Shown: piece after piece, positions 37,783 through 50,499 of the stretch | Numbering within the stretch: the first letter of the stretch is position 1 | Layout of the letters: each line of letters starts with the position of its first letter | Assembly: GCA_036172245.1 (NCBI GenBank) | Contig: JAYWIR010000097.1 | Coordinates: 124,001 to 188,000 of the forward strand | DNA length: 64,000 bases | Reading direction: 5' to 3' | Source of the DNA: Raillietiella orientalis | Lineage: Eukaryota | Position numbers and translations under genes: made by a program | Notes under the pieces: model-generated | Databases searched by the model: none | What the model was told of the DNA's origin: nothing | Seen by the model: only the letters and a program-made list of their open reading frames with translations

Positions 37783-40031
37783 GTTTTCCTAAAACATAGA
37801 CACTTAATGCATATGCTTGAAACTAGCAAAAATGCTAGTAAATATGCTAATATGAATAATAATGTTCAACGTATAAAATTGAAATTGTTTTTAATAGCGC
37901 CAATTTATTGTGGAAATATGCGTTTTTGATTCAGAACTCTTTAATGAAGTGAAATGGCATTTGTAGGAACAAGAAGAATATTAGGAACACATCTGAAATA
38001 TTTCATATGAAGTACTTTTCGAATTCAGGATTCCCAGTTTTACTCAACTGATTTTAGCCGTGTTGTTTGCTGATGACTTTAATTGACAGTTTCCGGTAAT
38101 TTTCGCGATTCCTACGAAGCAAACACAAAAAGAAAAAAACGAAAACGAGGGGGGGAAGGGGATCAGATCGCTGTAGCTGTGCACATGATCACGTATGACC
38201 ATCTTACGCAATTTATGTTAGTTAGCCACTTCAGAACGAAGTTACATATCATCGTGTTAAAAGAATGTGTGGATCTACACCTCTTTTTTCCTCTAATCTC
38301 TTGCGAGTTCAATTCAGAACGTGAAATGAAATTTCGAAATCAAATTTTGTGGTTATTAAGAAATCTGAAATTAAATTCTCAACCACGTTTACTGCACATC
38401 CGGTTAGGCAAACCCGATGGGCACAACAAGTGTTCGAGACTTTACGTGTGTCACCTGCTGACCACTTTTGGTACACGCATGAAATCAACTAAATTTCTCG
38501 CAACAGCTCCAACAAATCACTAAATGCTGCAATAAACAGTGAAAATTCGTGATTTCTTTGAACCAACGGGTCTCGGGTTCTAACCGCAATTTTCTTAAAG
38601 CTGATTTCCTTTATTTTTGTGAATTCATCACATGCCCTTCAAAATAAAGGAGTTTGAAAAATCATTACTTGAAAAATGTCTATTTAAAAAGTGTCAACTC
38701 ACGAAAGGAACTCAATCAACTGCAGCGGGTGATACCATATCAAGTATAACAGTAAAAAAAAAAAAATTTTTTATACAATTTAACCGAAAGCATGTTTTGG
38801 GATTATTTTGTTCACATTAAATTTTTCACAATCTTTCACAATCGCCATGTGTTGCGCAGAATTTATAGACAACTTTCCTAGCCGCTGCAGTAGGTCAGTG
38901 AAACAAAATATGTACATAACCGTGTTACATTATTTTCGGTACTCTTATAAACAAATATTTCAAACAAATTCTACTGCCCAAGAATCAATGCAGGGAAGCT
39001 GCAACCTGAATGAATAAATTCACACACTTTTGAATATGAATTCGTGAGAAATGACGAGTTTCCCTTCAACGAGCTTCCCATGAGAACACTTAAGAGACCC
39101 TATTATCAGGAACACACTATTATTACCAAAAATGGGTTTACATCCCATTATAGCACCACTTTCTTCGTCATTTATTTTCCTTGTGCTCACGTTTGCATTC
39201 CCGAGAAATACGTCCACGTAAATAGGTACTGCCTACGCGTATTTTCAGAAATCAGTGTTCGAAATTTACATTCGTGTTGTGCAGTACTCAAATGAAATCA
39301 TTAAATAGAAAAAAACGAATGCTGTTCCAGTGGCTCGAAAATCGTCTGTTCTGTTCAATCATGCTTGTTGTTATGCCGTTTGCATAATGAAAGTTTCCAC
39401 TTTTTTCCAGCAATCCTTCCGATTCATTGATTTCTAGCAAAAAAAGCAAATGCATTTGTACACAAAGATGTACGCGCCAAACACAAATTCGGAATTTGCA
39501 GAAATCAATCGCTTACAGCAAATGTCCTTTTTTCCTCGATGTGGCACAAACAATTTACAACCTCCATTTGAACCACGTAGTACTATTAGCTGCAACGCAT
39601 TCAATGAATTGCTTGAAATTCAGATATTTCAATTTCTATTGATGTCCCGCCTTAATGAACACATCCACGAATACACAATTGCAAAACGGTAATTCGGAAA
39701 TTCAATGAAAGCACGCTTTTCGCAAAATTACTGCACACCGCAACAGCTTGAGAAATGTCTCCTGATCAGAAAAGGGGGAAAAAAAGAAGAAACCACAGAA
39801 ATCCACCTGATGTTTAACTCTTCTGCTTTCCCTAATTCTATTTTCTAGTCACTACAGGAAACGAAAACTTTGGAACGGCGAAGGCTTACGATGTATACAT
39901 ATCTTGTATACTAAGATTGTCATTCATGCATTCACTCCATTTATTCATTTTGAGGGCAGTTTTTTGGTTTCCATTTTCCAATAGCAAACTATTGAAAATT
40001 CTTAAATTATGTATCTCTGAGTATGCTTAAA

Positions 40032-41450
40032 TTAACCTACTGAGCGAGCAATCCCCCTCCCCCCCAAAGAGCACCCGTGGGTGCGTGAATTAAAATTGGC
40101 GAAGGCGATTATATGCGTCAAACGCACAGCAAAAGTAACTTTTCTAAATTTGTGTGGAGAGAAAAGGAAAAAAATTGGATTCATAGGAACTCTGTTATTG
40201 TACAGAAAATAGGAAACTTCCTACATAAGAAAAATGAAAAAGTCTTGAGAAATTCCATCTGATTTTGCAAGACGCTCTTCTTCAAAGCCACAGTCCACAC
40301 GAAGGGGCATCTCGCAGGTTCAGCGCCGACATCGTCTTTCCTGACGAATGCCGTTTTCGGAACACACGACACATACACCTTCGAGAGGCACTCCATTTGG
40401 ATGGTGTACATGGTATAGAATTTGGAAAAGGTTGTCCGGAGAGACGTGTGGGCTTGGCAATCGCAGCTGGTCCACCAGCTGTCCCAGTTGCCTCAGGGGA
40501 AGATTCCTCAATAAGTTGTTCCATACACTCGAGCAAAAAAATCGAATCGATTTCATTTCGCATTGTATTTTTCATATAATAAATATGGATTCAAGCGCAT
40601 AACGTCGAAAAGATGAAGAAATATTTTCCTGTAATATTTCTTTAGCCTCTTTCTTGCCAGCGTATGTGCTCCAATTGTACCATCGCTTCTGTACACTCCA
40701 TCCATTTTTTTTTCCCTACTCAAAAACCACTTTACGCTTTCCTTTTACAACACCTCGTTCCTCTGCATCCATCACATTGGCGCCGTGTATCGTACTGAGG
40801 AACTGTACATCCCTTTTGCCCCCCCCCCCTTCAATCCATTATTTCGTTGTTATATCTTGCAATGTACTGACCTTTCTTTAGAGAAGTGGTTTTCATGTCT
40901 TCAGGAATACCAAGTCTATGCTGTAGCATTGTACCAATACTGTCTTCCTTGCAAGTACATGGTTTCTGTGCGAGTTCTGTACTTATGTACCAGTTATCCA
41001 GACAGAATTGATATCCCTGGCCTAAAAGGTCATGAGAAAGTTCAAGAACGATGGAGTTGCGGTCTTACACTGAGGATAATGCTGACCATGTTCTGTATTT
41101 TTGCCAATGTATGCACAGAAATTCCAAATGTATTCAGCTTGATTTTCGCATAAGGCAACAATTTTTTATTCCCGAACGACTCCTTTTAGAAGGTACATCT
41201 ACTGCTTCCAAGACAATCTCCCTTTCCATGACGACAATGATTCATCCAATACAATGTGTTGTTCTGGAATGTAGAAGGATCCGCATTTATGTTGAATATT
41301 TGTCCAAGCAGTTTCAGTTTCAGGGATTCTTCTTCTTGAAGTCATGTCTTGGTCAGCTTCAAAATGAGAGAATTAAAATTACGTTTATGCCTTACAGAGA
41401 TCACTTTTTGCCAAAGCGAATCATTTGAAGCCTTCATTGAGGAAAATAAT
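40032..41450 (-). mobile_element. piggyBac (PGBD4-like) transposase pseudogene with 3' terminus and TTAA
   Basis: Minus-strand motifs in order: [95 protein letters not shown], Cys-rich tail; terminus TTAACCT at 40032. Frameshifts and stops present. Confidence 0.88.
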
Positions 41451-42399
41451 TGAAGCGTTATTATTATTTTCCTCAATTAAGGCTTCCATTATGTAAAGAA
41501 CATGTAAACAAACCCAGCATGTAGAAAGAAAAAGAAAGCGAGGAAGTTTTTGTTTGGTTGCCACACCTCACATTGCTTCAATAAAAAATAAATAAGGTCA
41601 CGTTGCAGTCCCAAAGAAAATACAACTAAAATATACTATTTAAGTGAGATTGTTTTAACTATTCACTAAAATTTCGTATTTTAGTAGCAAAGGGCATTTC
41701 TTTTTGTTTCACACCGGGCGTAATATATTCGTCAAAGGCACCTCAGCGGCACCCTTGCAAAACGAATGTAGACGTTAAACTCTCTTGACAGGTCAATTCA
41801 TATATATTACTTTTGCGTTCGCGAGATGATTCAGTAGTAACATTCAACCTGAAATTTAAAATAATTTTACGTGATATCAATTTCCAAATTCACATTAAAC
41901 ACAAATAAAAGGTGATATCATTCATTGTCTTCACAAAGTCTTCATGAAACTTATATGAAGGACAAGAGTTGTGCATTCACTAGAGAAAATTTAAAATAAT
42001 TTTCTTGTAGGCATTTGTAGGATTGGATATTCAGTAGTCATTATTGATATTTTCCAGTACAAAAAATGATATTTCCAGTAAATTTTTCAGATTTCTCTTT
42101 TTAAGTACGTGTTTTTGCTCTTTCTGGAAACATAAATAACTTTGCAAGTGAAAAATCAACTTTAAGAACCTATAAAAGCACATGAAACACAAATGGGATG
42201 CATTCCAAATTGATTTCAGATAGACGCATGCAAAATCATCATAAAAGATGATCGCAACATTTTCCAAAAGGTATTTTCAGATTATCAGTTACTATTCAGG
42301 GGTTTAACAGATGTTTGAATTTAAATTGCGGAACACTGAAAAACTTCCGAACTTGCTGGACTTTTCCTTGTCAGATACGGTTAAGAGTGTGCAAAAGAT

Positions 42400-43060
42400 T
42401 GAGTGTCGAGGAAGTCTTTAAATCTCACAGTGCGACCCTGCAACTGCCATTTTCCAGCGGAACGCGACTTTCTCACGTGAAACACGGAAGGAGCGCCCAC
42501 AGATGAAAGACTGAAGACCAACGTCCACGTTCAGCAATACGGAACTCGGCAAAAAGAATGCATTAAATTTGAAGCAGCCGCAAGACAGGCTGCAAACAAG
42601 GAAAGGACAGACAGTTTCAAGCCACTTCGAAGTAATCTCGAATGATACTGTCCAAAAGAATTGCAGCGTCATAATTCGCAGATTACATGGAGTACATTTG
42701 TGGGATTGAAAGATGGTGACGTGCGAGCCTCCTTTCATGGAGCCGGCCACGCTGAGGTTTTACGAGACAGATGAAACTCAAGGCATGAAATAAGAGTCAC
42801 CTGCTGTGTGCTTCAGGATCCTGCGAAGGAGGTATCTCCGAACATCCTGATTTACACTGGTTCTCGTGCGTGTTTTCACTGCACAACCGAAAGATTCAAT
42901 TTTTGATAATTAATACGAGAAGATGCAGTTGAAGGCGACGGGTGAGCCTTCTCTTTTCGTGGACCCGCACTCATTGATGGAGCACCTAAGCCGTGCAAGA
43001 AAACGCCACTCGCTCCCAATGAAAGTCGCAAAAAAACATTGCGGAGTGAAGATCTAAAAA
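42400..43060 (+). mobile_element. Possible 3' fragment of RLE-type non-LTR element
   Basis: Very degenerate motifs in the order seen in RLE C-termini: KGQTV, YETDET, PNILI, HLSRARK. Confidence 0.25.
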
Positions 43061-44949
43061 AAGCGAAAAAAATTCAAGAGTTCCTCCAACTGGAAAAGAA
43101 TAGGATTTCCAAAATTTTCCTCCCATTTGCTTTTCAAGAGACATATCAAACAACATGCATTCCAGTATGCATTGCAGAAATCAAAGAACGGGGGGAAAAC
43201 AAAAGCGGAAAATGTGAAGAGGAAGAACAAAACAAGAATCAGGGGAGGTGACAAAAAAGAAAAAAAAAGGGAAGGGCCTTTTCCTCTCTCTTCCGATTCG
43301 ACGTGAAATCAAAGGGAATTTCGCAAATCAAAACTTCTGCTCCCTTTGAGAACGAAGTAACTTTCGCAGAATTGACAGATTTTACGGTTACCAGGAAACA
43401 GTTGCCTCTACTCTGAAGACCTGGAAGCACTGTCTCCATGCTTTCACGAAGGCATTTCCGTCCAGCATCAGCATTCACTCTGATTCGAACTGCTGTCAAA
43501 TGACAATTTTTGCATCGATATATTACGATGCCCATTTGCTAATTAGCAGCCACGAACGAACTCACAAACACTTCTCTGTACCCACATTTCGTGGTGAGCT
43601 GACAAATTAAGGACTTTATTCCTCACCTGAAATTCAAATGCTAACCTTTCCAAGCATCCCGAATAACATCTGGAAGAAAAAGAAGAAGAAAAAAAAGGCT
43701 CTCCGTGTGTCTCAACGTTCTTCTATCGCTCAATCTACCCGTTCTCAATCTTCGAGTGCAATTATGCCGTGAGCCAACGAGTTTCCCAGTTAAAGGATTA
43801 CGACGATTCACCACGAGAGCGGCTTTCGTTTTCTTTGCTTTCAAAGTTGCTTTCGTGCTTTTCATAATTTCGTTGGCTGCCTTCATAGACGCGACTAATC
43901 AGCAACAAACAAGCACTGGTAAGAAGTTCAGCATTGCCATCAGGCATTTCGGACCGACGGTGTGACCTCTCCAGCTGCGTTGGCACGTGCTTTTTCGGGC
44001 ATGCCTGACCACGGACTCCGCGGTCATCGCACGCCTGGGTCGCGGTTCCTGGCCGATCCCCGTCCTTCGGCGCCTGTCGATCCAGGTGGATTCCAGCTTT
44101 CCAGAAGTGGTGGTGGTTGAACCTTGAGCGAAGCTCGTAAGTGGAGGGAGTGCAGTACCTGTAGGAGAACGACAGCAAGAGCGTGGAAGGCGTGGCTTCC
44201 TTTCAGGGAGCAAGGAAGCTCAGCGTTTGCTGAAATGGAGGAAACGAGCGAGGACTGCTTGCTCGTCCTCTTTTGCTCTTCGCGAGCTCCTCGAAACGTG
44301 GACGTGCTTTATGTTTTGATTCTTGTCTTACCGAACTCTTGGACACGGAAGGGGTGGCAGGTGAAAAGACTCTTAGCCGACTGCGTATGTTTACCGGGAT
44401 GAAGAAGATTCCGGAAAAATCCCTTCGAAGAAAATCGCGAGTGTTTGTTGTGGCAATATTGATTTGACATTTTTCAATTCAGTTGGTTTTCGTGAAGGGT
44501 GTTGCAAAAAATGGAAATGAGGTTTAGAACTTTTTTGTCATTGTAAATTGATTTTAGCCGCTAAATGGAAATTTTTTCGATGCTGATTGTATTTGGCTTC
44601 AGGCCGTCGTTGCAAAGAGTGACACCGCCTGCTTTTGATCTTGATGCTTTAGGAATGTTTGCACGCACTGTAATGAAAGGGGTGGTAGGATGAATTCATT
44701 CTTACTCAACGAATTGTATTTTTCGAAAAAATGCTGTAAATTTCTCTGGATTGTATTTCGAACAGTTGCAGAGAGAGATGTCTAATACAAGTAGCTTCGG
44801 CAGAAGGTATGGTGAAAGCCAATCTGTCTTCAAATGATTTTCGAAATGTGGTGCGCGAGATTTGAATTCTGAATATGGTCTTGGTGATCTACGGGAAAAG
44901 AGTGATGCTCGAGGCGTGCGGAGGCAGCTGTTACATGTTGTCAGCAGCA

Positions 44950-47900
44950 GTAGTGTGCAAAGGACTGCGCAAGTGAAGGAAAATCATCACCTTGGGTTTT
45001 GAGTGCAAATTCAAAACCGTTGAGCTTTTTGTTTTGTAGCAAAGTGTTGGGCTGAATTAAAGGTCCAGGGACAGGGATGTTTAGTTGTACAGTATGCAGC
45101 TGCACGTGAAGGGTGTTGCCGAGGATTGATTTTTCCACTTTTTTCTTGAATTTTGTCCCTAGGAACATGCAGTAAAAAATTGTGCACTTCCTGTGCCCTT
45201 GCCTGCACAAATAGTAGTCTTGTCTGAAACCTTTTGATGCTAAACCCAAACAGTTGCTCCCTTATTTTTAAAAAGGCATCAAACTTGGCTCCAAATTACC
45301 AAATGTCTCAAGGGCACCATTGGTATTTCTTCTTGTTATTGTGAAAGTGAAAGTTCTGCTTGCTAATATGCTATGATTCACAGTTCTTAGGGTTGGTGGA
45401 TGGAATCCAAGTTTTCAGTGGGCTTCTACAGCTGAAAAGCTGACAGTGAAAATTCCAAGCAACAAGCTTTTGTGAATTTAGGGAGATTACAAGGTAGGCT
45501 GTTATTTGAAAAGCAACACTTGGTGTTGTCTGAATTGGAAAATTTTGAATCCTTTCATTCCTGATTGGATACAGCTATCCTTGCTTGTTATGTTTGCTTT
45601 CACATCAAGTGTTTTATAGGTATATCAGTGGATGCCAGTTTGGAGGATGTGTGTGCTTTATCCCAGCATGTTGTTGCTTTGAGGAGTAAAAAAGTTTCCA
45701 GACTGCAAATTCCAGCAAACAGTAGTCTTGAGAGACTTGGTTTCTGCATTCTTTCAAGCTGGACTTTCGGATGTTGTGCACGATCCCTTTGAAACTTGCA
45801 AACTTTCTGTTGGTACTTCAAGATGATCAACTTGTTTATTCAGTGATCAGTCTTCTCAAGGTGTTTTGGTTGATAGTTGATTTATGAATTCCAGAAATGC
45901 AAGCCTTATCTTGTTAACTGGCAAAATGAGAGAATACGGCATTCACATATCCAAAATAACATCAGAAAGTTTTTTGCCCACATTGGATGCTTTGCGGTTA
46001 AGGCTTCCATGCATCGTGGGTCTGAATACTCTGGCAGAAACTGATGCCACTGTGTGATTGGGTTCCAAGTATCTGCTGCAAGATGGCGCTGGCTGGCCTA
46101 CAAACATTCGGATGTGGCACCGGTAGTGGTTAAAACTGGAAGCCCCTGATGAAGGCCAGAACAATGGGAGTCAACCTTCGGGTCCTTCCAGGAATCAAGG
46201 AGTGGGGAATCGTCTCCTCTGGTCTTGCAATGGAGAGTGGATCCCCCACACCAGAGGGACCCTTCCGGTTCATTCAGATGGAGTAAAAAGGCACCTCTCC
46301 AGATGTGTTGTTAAAGTAGTGGACCCCCTCCCCATTGTGGAGGGGAACCTTCCTCCGAGACTGTTGTGCTGACAGAGGAGGTGCCTCGCCACCTCTGCAG
46401 AGAGTGCAAAGAAGCGAGAGCGATCCCTCCAGGGAGGCAGTACCCCTTCTGAATTTCGGAAGCATCCCTTTGGGGTTCTCTTCAGAGTAGTGTCTCCCTG
46501 TCAGGCATTCCTCTTTTGCTTCCGCATTGTTTGGATTTCAGAAAAGAATTATTGACATTCTTTGCAAGCTTAAAAAACTTTCTAATTAATATCACCTTTT
46601 GAAGTAACATGCATTGAGGTAATGGGATGTTTCTTGCTCTCCCAGAGTTCGTGTGGAGATGTTGACTAGGGAGGTTTTTCTTGCTTTTTGTTGGGTTGGA
46701 TTATGTCATAAAGCATCTGTTGCTTTGAAAGATGCATAATGGGCTTTTTCTGAGAAAGTGGAATTGATGAAATCTGCAAACATAGTAAAGCATGCAAGTT
46801 TATCTTTGAGAAGCAGTTTGCTTGCATTCGTGCTGTTTTCTGAATGTCTGGTCTTTCAAAGTGCAGCATCTTTAGGACTGAATGAATGATATGTGAGCAT
46901 TCTGCATAAAGCATTTGCTTTACCAGCTTCAGTTGAATGACAGAGACAGAATAACTGTGACTGTATGAATTTGGTTGCTTTCAAAAATGTGGTAGGGGTT
47001 CTGCTTACACCAATTTCTTGCATCACTTATGCAGCAGCAGTCGCTTTGTGACGCTGAGTTGTGAACGTTGTACGTCTGTTTTGAATGTGCAACTTTTCTG
47101 TTTGTCTTGGCCATAGGAAAAAGTATTCCTACAAAAAATGGAACCTCATGGCCAAAGTCACTGATAAAATGATGCAATGTGTAGCAGAGCAAATGATTGG
47201 TAATTTACTATCAGATGTTCTCATTCTTTTTCCGAATCCTGTATCCAGGAAGGATGCCATTTTGAGGTCTCAGTTAATAGATAATATTGCCTGATCATGC
47301 AAAGTACATTACCTTCTGAAATGTTTCTGTGGAAGATGTAATGCGGAGGTAACTTTACATCTGCCACAGTGGTATACGTTTATGATATAGTTGACTATAC
47401 CTCTGCAATCATACATTTGGTGGAGGTAGCTTCACACAAGACCAAGTCTGAATCCTAGGAAATGGATGAGGATTAATAGGCTTGTTAATTTCTGTTGCAT
47501 GATATCTGTTTGAAAGGAAATTCTTTTGAGATGAAGGTGACATCAGAAAGGTATATGTGGTTTAGACCTACAAAGAAATTGCAGCACTTGGGAGTGTGCA
47601 CAGTACATTGTGGCCAACAATCATTGTGGAAGTAATTGGAAGTTGATGAATTTGTATCTAGGGTGAAGATTCTAAATGTGCACACAGGTAGAGGGAAAGT
47701 ACTTGTTTTCCTTTGGCTACTTTGCACATCGCTATTGGTGTGTGCTGATTGTTGGCTGCCTCTGTATTGATTTGCAACAGCTAGCAGCACATGCTACTTG
47801 TTGCTGAGCTTCTGTTGTTTTTTCCAAAATTCGTTGGCATGAAGAATCTGTTGCGGAATGTAAAATCGCAAAAGAAACGATGCTGAGGATCACTGTAAAA

Positions 47901-48750
47901 TTTAGCAAAAATTCGGAGAAAACAGCCAGTTGAATGAACAGGTGAAATGCTGGTTGGTGTGCCTGTGTTGTAGTTTGCTGTGAATTGTTTTGACTTGTAC
48001 TTCAGCTCACATGTGGAGAACATACACTCATGGAACCTTCGAGCTGCTTTACAATTTGCTGGTCCACAGAACACAATACTGGGTTGGCATATCAAGTAGT
48101 CCCCCCTCTTCTCCCAAATGGTTGGGTGCCTGAATGTATGCAATTATTGCGTTTCATGTGCATTAACAAAGTTTCCTGGATCAGATGAGCCACAGGGGTG
48201 CAATGTGTGTTTTGGAAATGATTGCTGATATGCTTAACCACAGTCTATTGGGAAAGGGAATCCCTTGTACTGTTCTTTGTGGAGAGAAAGCAGATGTAAT
48301 CAAGCACTGCTTATTCTTGCATTTCAGCCAATTTTTTCCTCCACCCTGTTGATATCGTTGTTCACCGCTTTTAAAGTAATGAATGGTCCCAAAGTACGCA
48401 TGGATGTGTGTACTTTGTGCTGGATTTTGCATGGGACTTTGTGTTTTTCAAGTAGTTTTTCTTTTTGTCATTCCCAAAGTGTGTGGAATTGAGTGTTGGT
48501 CTACTCGAATAGCATTTGCGATTGAGAGTTCGATTTTGCATCCTGAGCAGCACCTTGGGTTCTTTCATGCTTGAGCGCATCCATTTCATGGGAACAGAGA
48601 TGAAATGAGAACTAACATGATTAAATGTGAGGAGAAGTAGCTTGAAATGCATGTCATAAGCAAAGCAGGTGAAATTTCGGCCGTTTTTCTTTTTTCTGGG
48701 GGGAGAAAATGGCATTTAACCAATAGCCATGCTTTCTTGCATCAAGAATT
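44950..48750 (-). mobile_element. Decayed APE-type LINE, CpG-depleted, interrupted by a SINE
   Basis: Minus-strand WDHSLL (SDH-like), AKFYSD, GFRK-like, IGVSR (GVxQG), MLYAE (LxYADD) in the correct order; strong TG/CA excess. Confidence 0.5.
45976..46492 (+). mobile_element. Second, truncated and CpG-poor copy of the tRNA-headed SINE
   Basis: Aligns by eye to the reverse complement of 20134-19633 (e.g. GCCCACATTGGATGCTTTGCGGTTAAGGCTTCC; ACCTTCGGGTCCTTCCAGGAATCAAGGAGTGGGGA; TCCCTTTGGGGTTCTCTTCAGAG). Confidence 0.8.
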
Positions 48751-50499
48751 CAGGAGTCTTTTTTGAACGTATCCTGGATTTGCCTGTTCCGGTTTCGAGC
48801 ATCAGTGAAGGGCTTTGTCGGAGAACATTTCTCGTTGGAGGGAGATGTGGGAAGCAGAAGGTAACTTGCATCTTTGAAGGAAAAACTGATTAAGTGAAGG
48901 AAAGTAAACGAATACCTGCTATTGATCTATTTGTCCTTCATTGTATTCTGAAGACTCTTCGTAAAGAACGTGGTAATTTTCGGGTCGAAGGGTGTTCAGT
49001 TGATGCTGGCACGTCTGTAGAAGGAACCTGGTTGCCATTAACAAATAACGGGCACTTTCCTGGTGATGGGAATGCTTCATTGGCGGCTGTCGGCCGGTAG
49101 CGAAGAACCGTTTGGTTTGTGCCTGAGCTCCGTGTACCGCGAATTGAACAGAATCCTACTCGAAGGAAAGAAAAAAAAAAAGTAGGAAAGGAAAGAAAGA
49201 AAGGGTATTTTTTTTTATTCTTAACATGTTCCTTATGTGATGACGATTAGAGAAGATTTGGCCATTTTTGTGGACCCATTGCTTCGCAGATTGTCAGTGC
49301 CTCGTATGCTAAACTCTTCAAGTGCCATCACTGCTTTTTACTCTTTTCAAGCTTCAGTGTTCGAAAAGAAGAGCACCGTGAAGCTCTTGCAGATCGACGC
49401 GGATTAACCGATCTTATTTGTTTTTAAAAGAGATCGGAGGTTGCGGAATTCACTTTATCCTGCAAGTTGTACTTGGCTTGTTTTGATTCGGATCTTCATC
49501 TCTTGTCGGCCAAGTGAGTCCGAACCCTCTTCTCTTTCGTCTGCTGCTGACCATCCGATCTGGAATGTGGAATGCGTGTGTGATTCCTCGACTTGCACAG
49601 TATGCTGAAGAACTGAACGATGCGTTCCTGGATTCAGATGTGCGGTGCGAACCCAACGGTCAGCTGCCGCACGAATCCAAGTGAAACTGAGGCGGCAGTA
49701 TAATAAAGCCTTCGATGAAGTTTTTGCTGAGTTGAGGATACGTCCAGGTCGCATCGGTGGAGCCCCTTTGCCATAGATGTGATGCTTGCTGGGCGTCATC
49801 GCGTCTTTGAAATCCCTGAAGCGCGTCCTCGTGGGAGGCCAGGAGTAGTGACCTGGAAGCGTTTCCCCGAGGAGACTTCGATTCTGAATTGCAGAGAGCC
49901 GTCCGTGTTTTCAACTGTTTGACTGTGCGTTTTCGTATCTGACGTATCCGTCCGTAAAACATGCATTTTCAGTACGTACAGTAAAGCTCGGAAATCTCCC
50001 TTTGTACAACATTCTGGATAACGCTCCTTTTGTTTGTGCTCATGGTAGCCATCCACGGTGCTGGGCGCATGAGTTCACGTGGATTGAGCCTCTACAGCAA
50101 GAAGACAAAAAGGGGTAAACGTCCATTGCCATGGCCTCGTCGCTGGCTGCAGACGGCAATGTTCCTATTTTCAGGTTTCAGTAGCTGTGGTTCCAATAGC
50201 TGATATCGTCGAATGCATTTTGCGTTGATGATGCGATGTCTCTAATAAAAATCTCTGATGGCATAGCGTGCTTTTGGGGAAATTTTTCTGCGAGGATGGC
50301 CACATTTTCTTCATCAAAGATTTCTTCCTCGTTTGCGGATGGATACGATAGTCTGCTTCGATTTGTTTTCCTTACTGGAAGAAGTGTTTGTCGTGAGCAG
50401 TTCTCGTTCGCTTTGATCATTCGTAAGTAGAGTTTCTCGAAGAAGATTAGTGGAAAACGGGGTGTTTGTCCACCTTCCCGTGAGGATGGTTTCAAGCAC

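Noticed and set aside
43640..44450. LINE ORF1/gag zinc-knuckle remnant
   Set aside because: Only vague Cys/His spacing (TCQRSWRGHTVGPKC); too degenerate to support a call.
46144..46170. Hammerhead ribozyme core CTGATGA in the SINE
   Set aside because: No stem II followed by GAAA, and the other copy reads CCGATGA.
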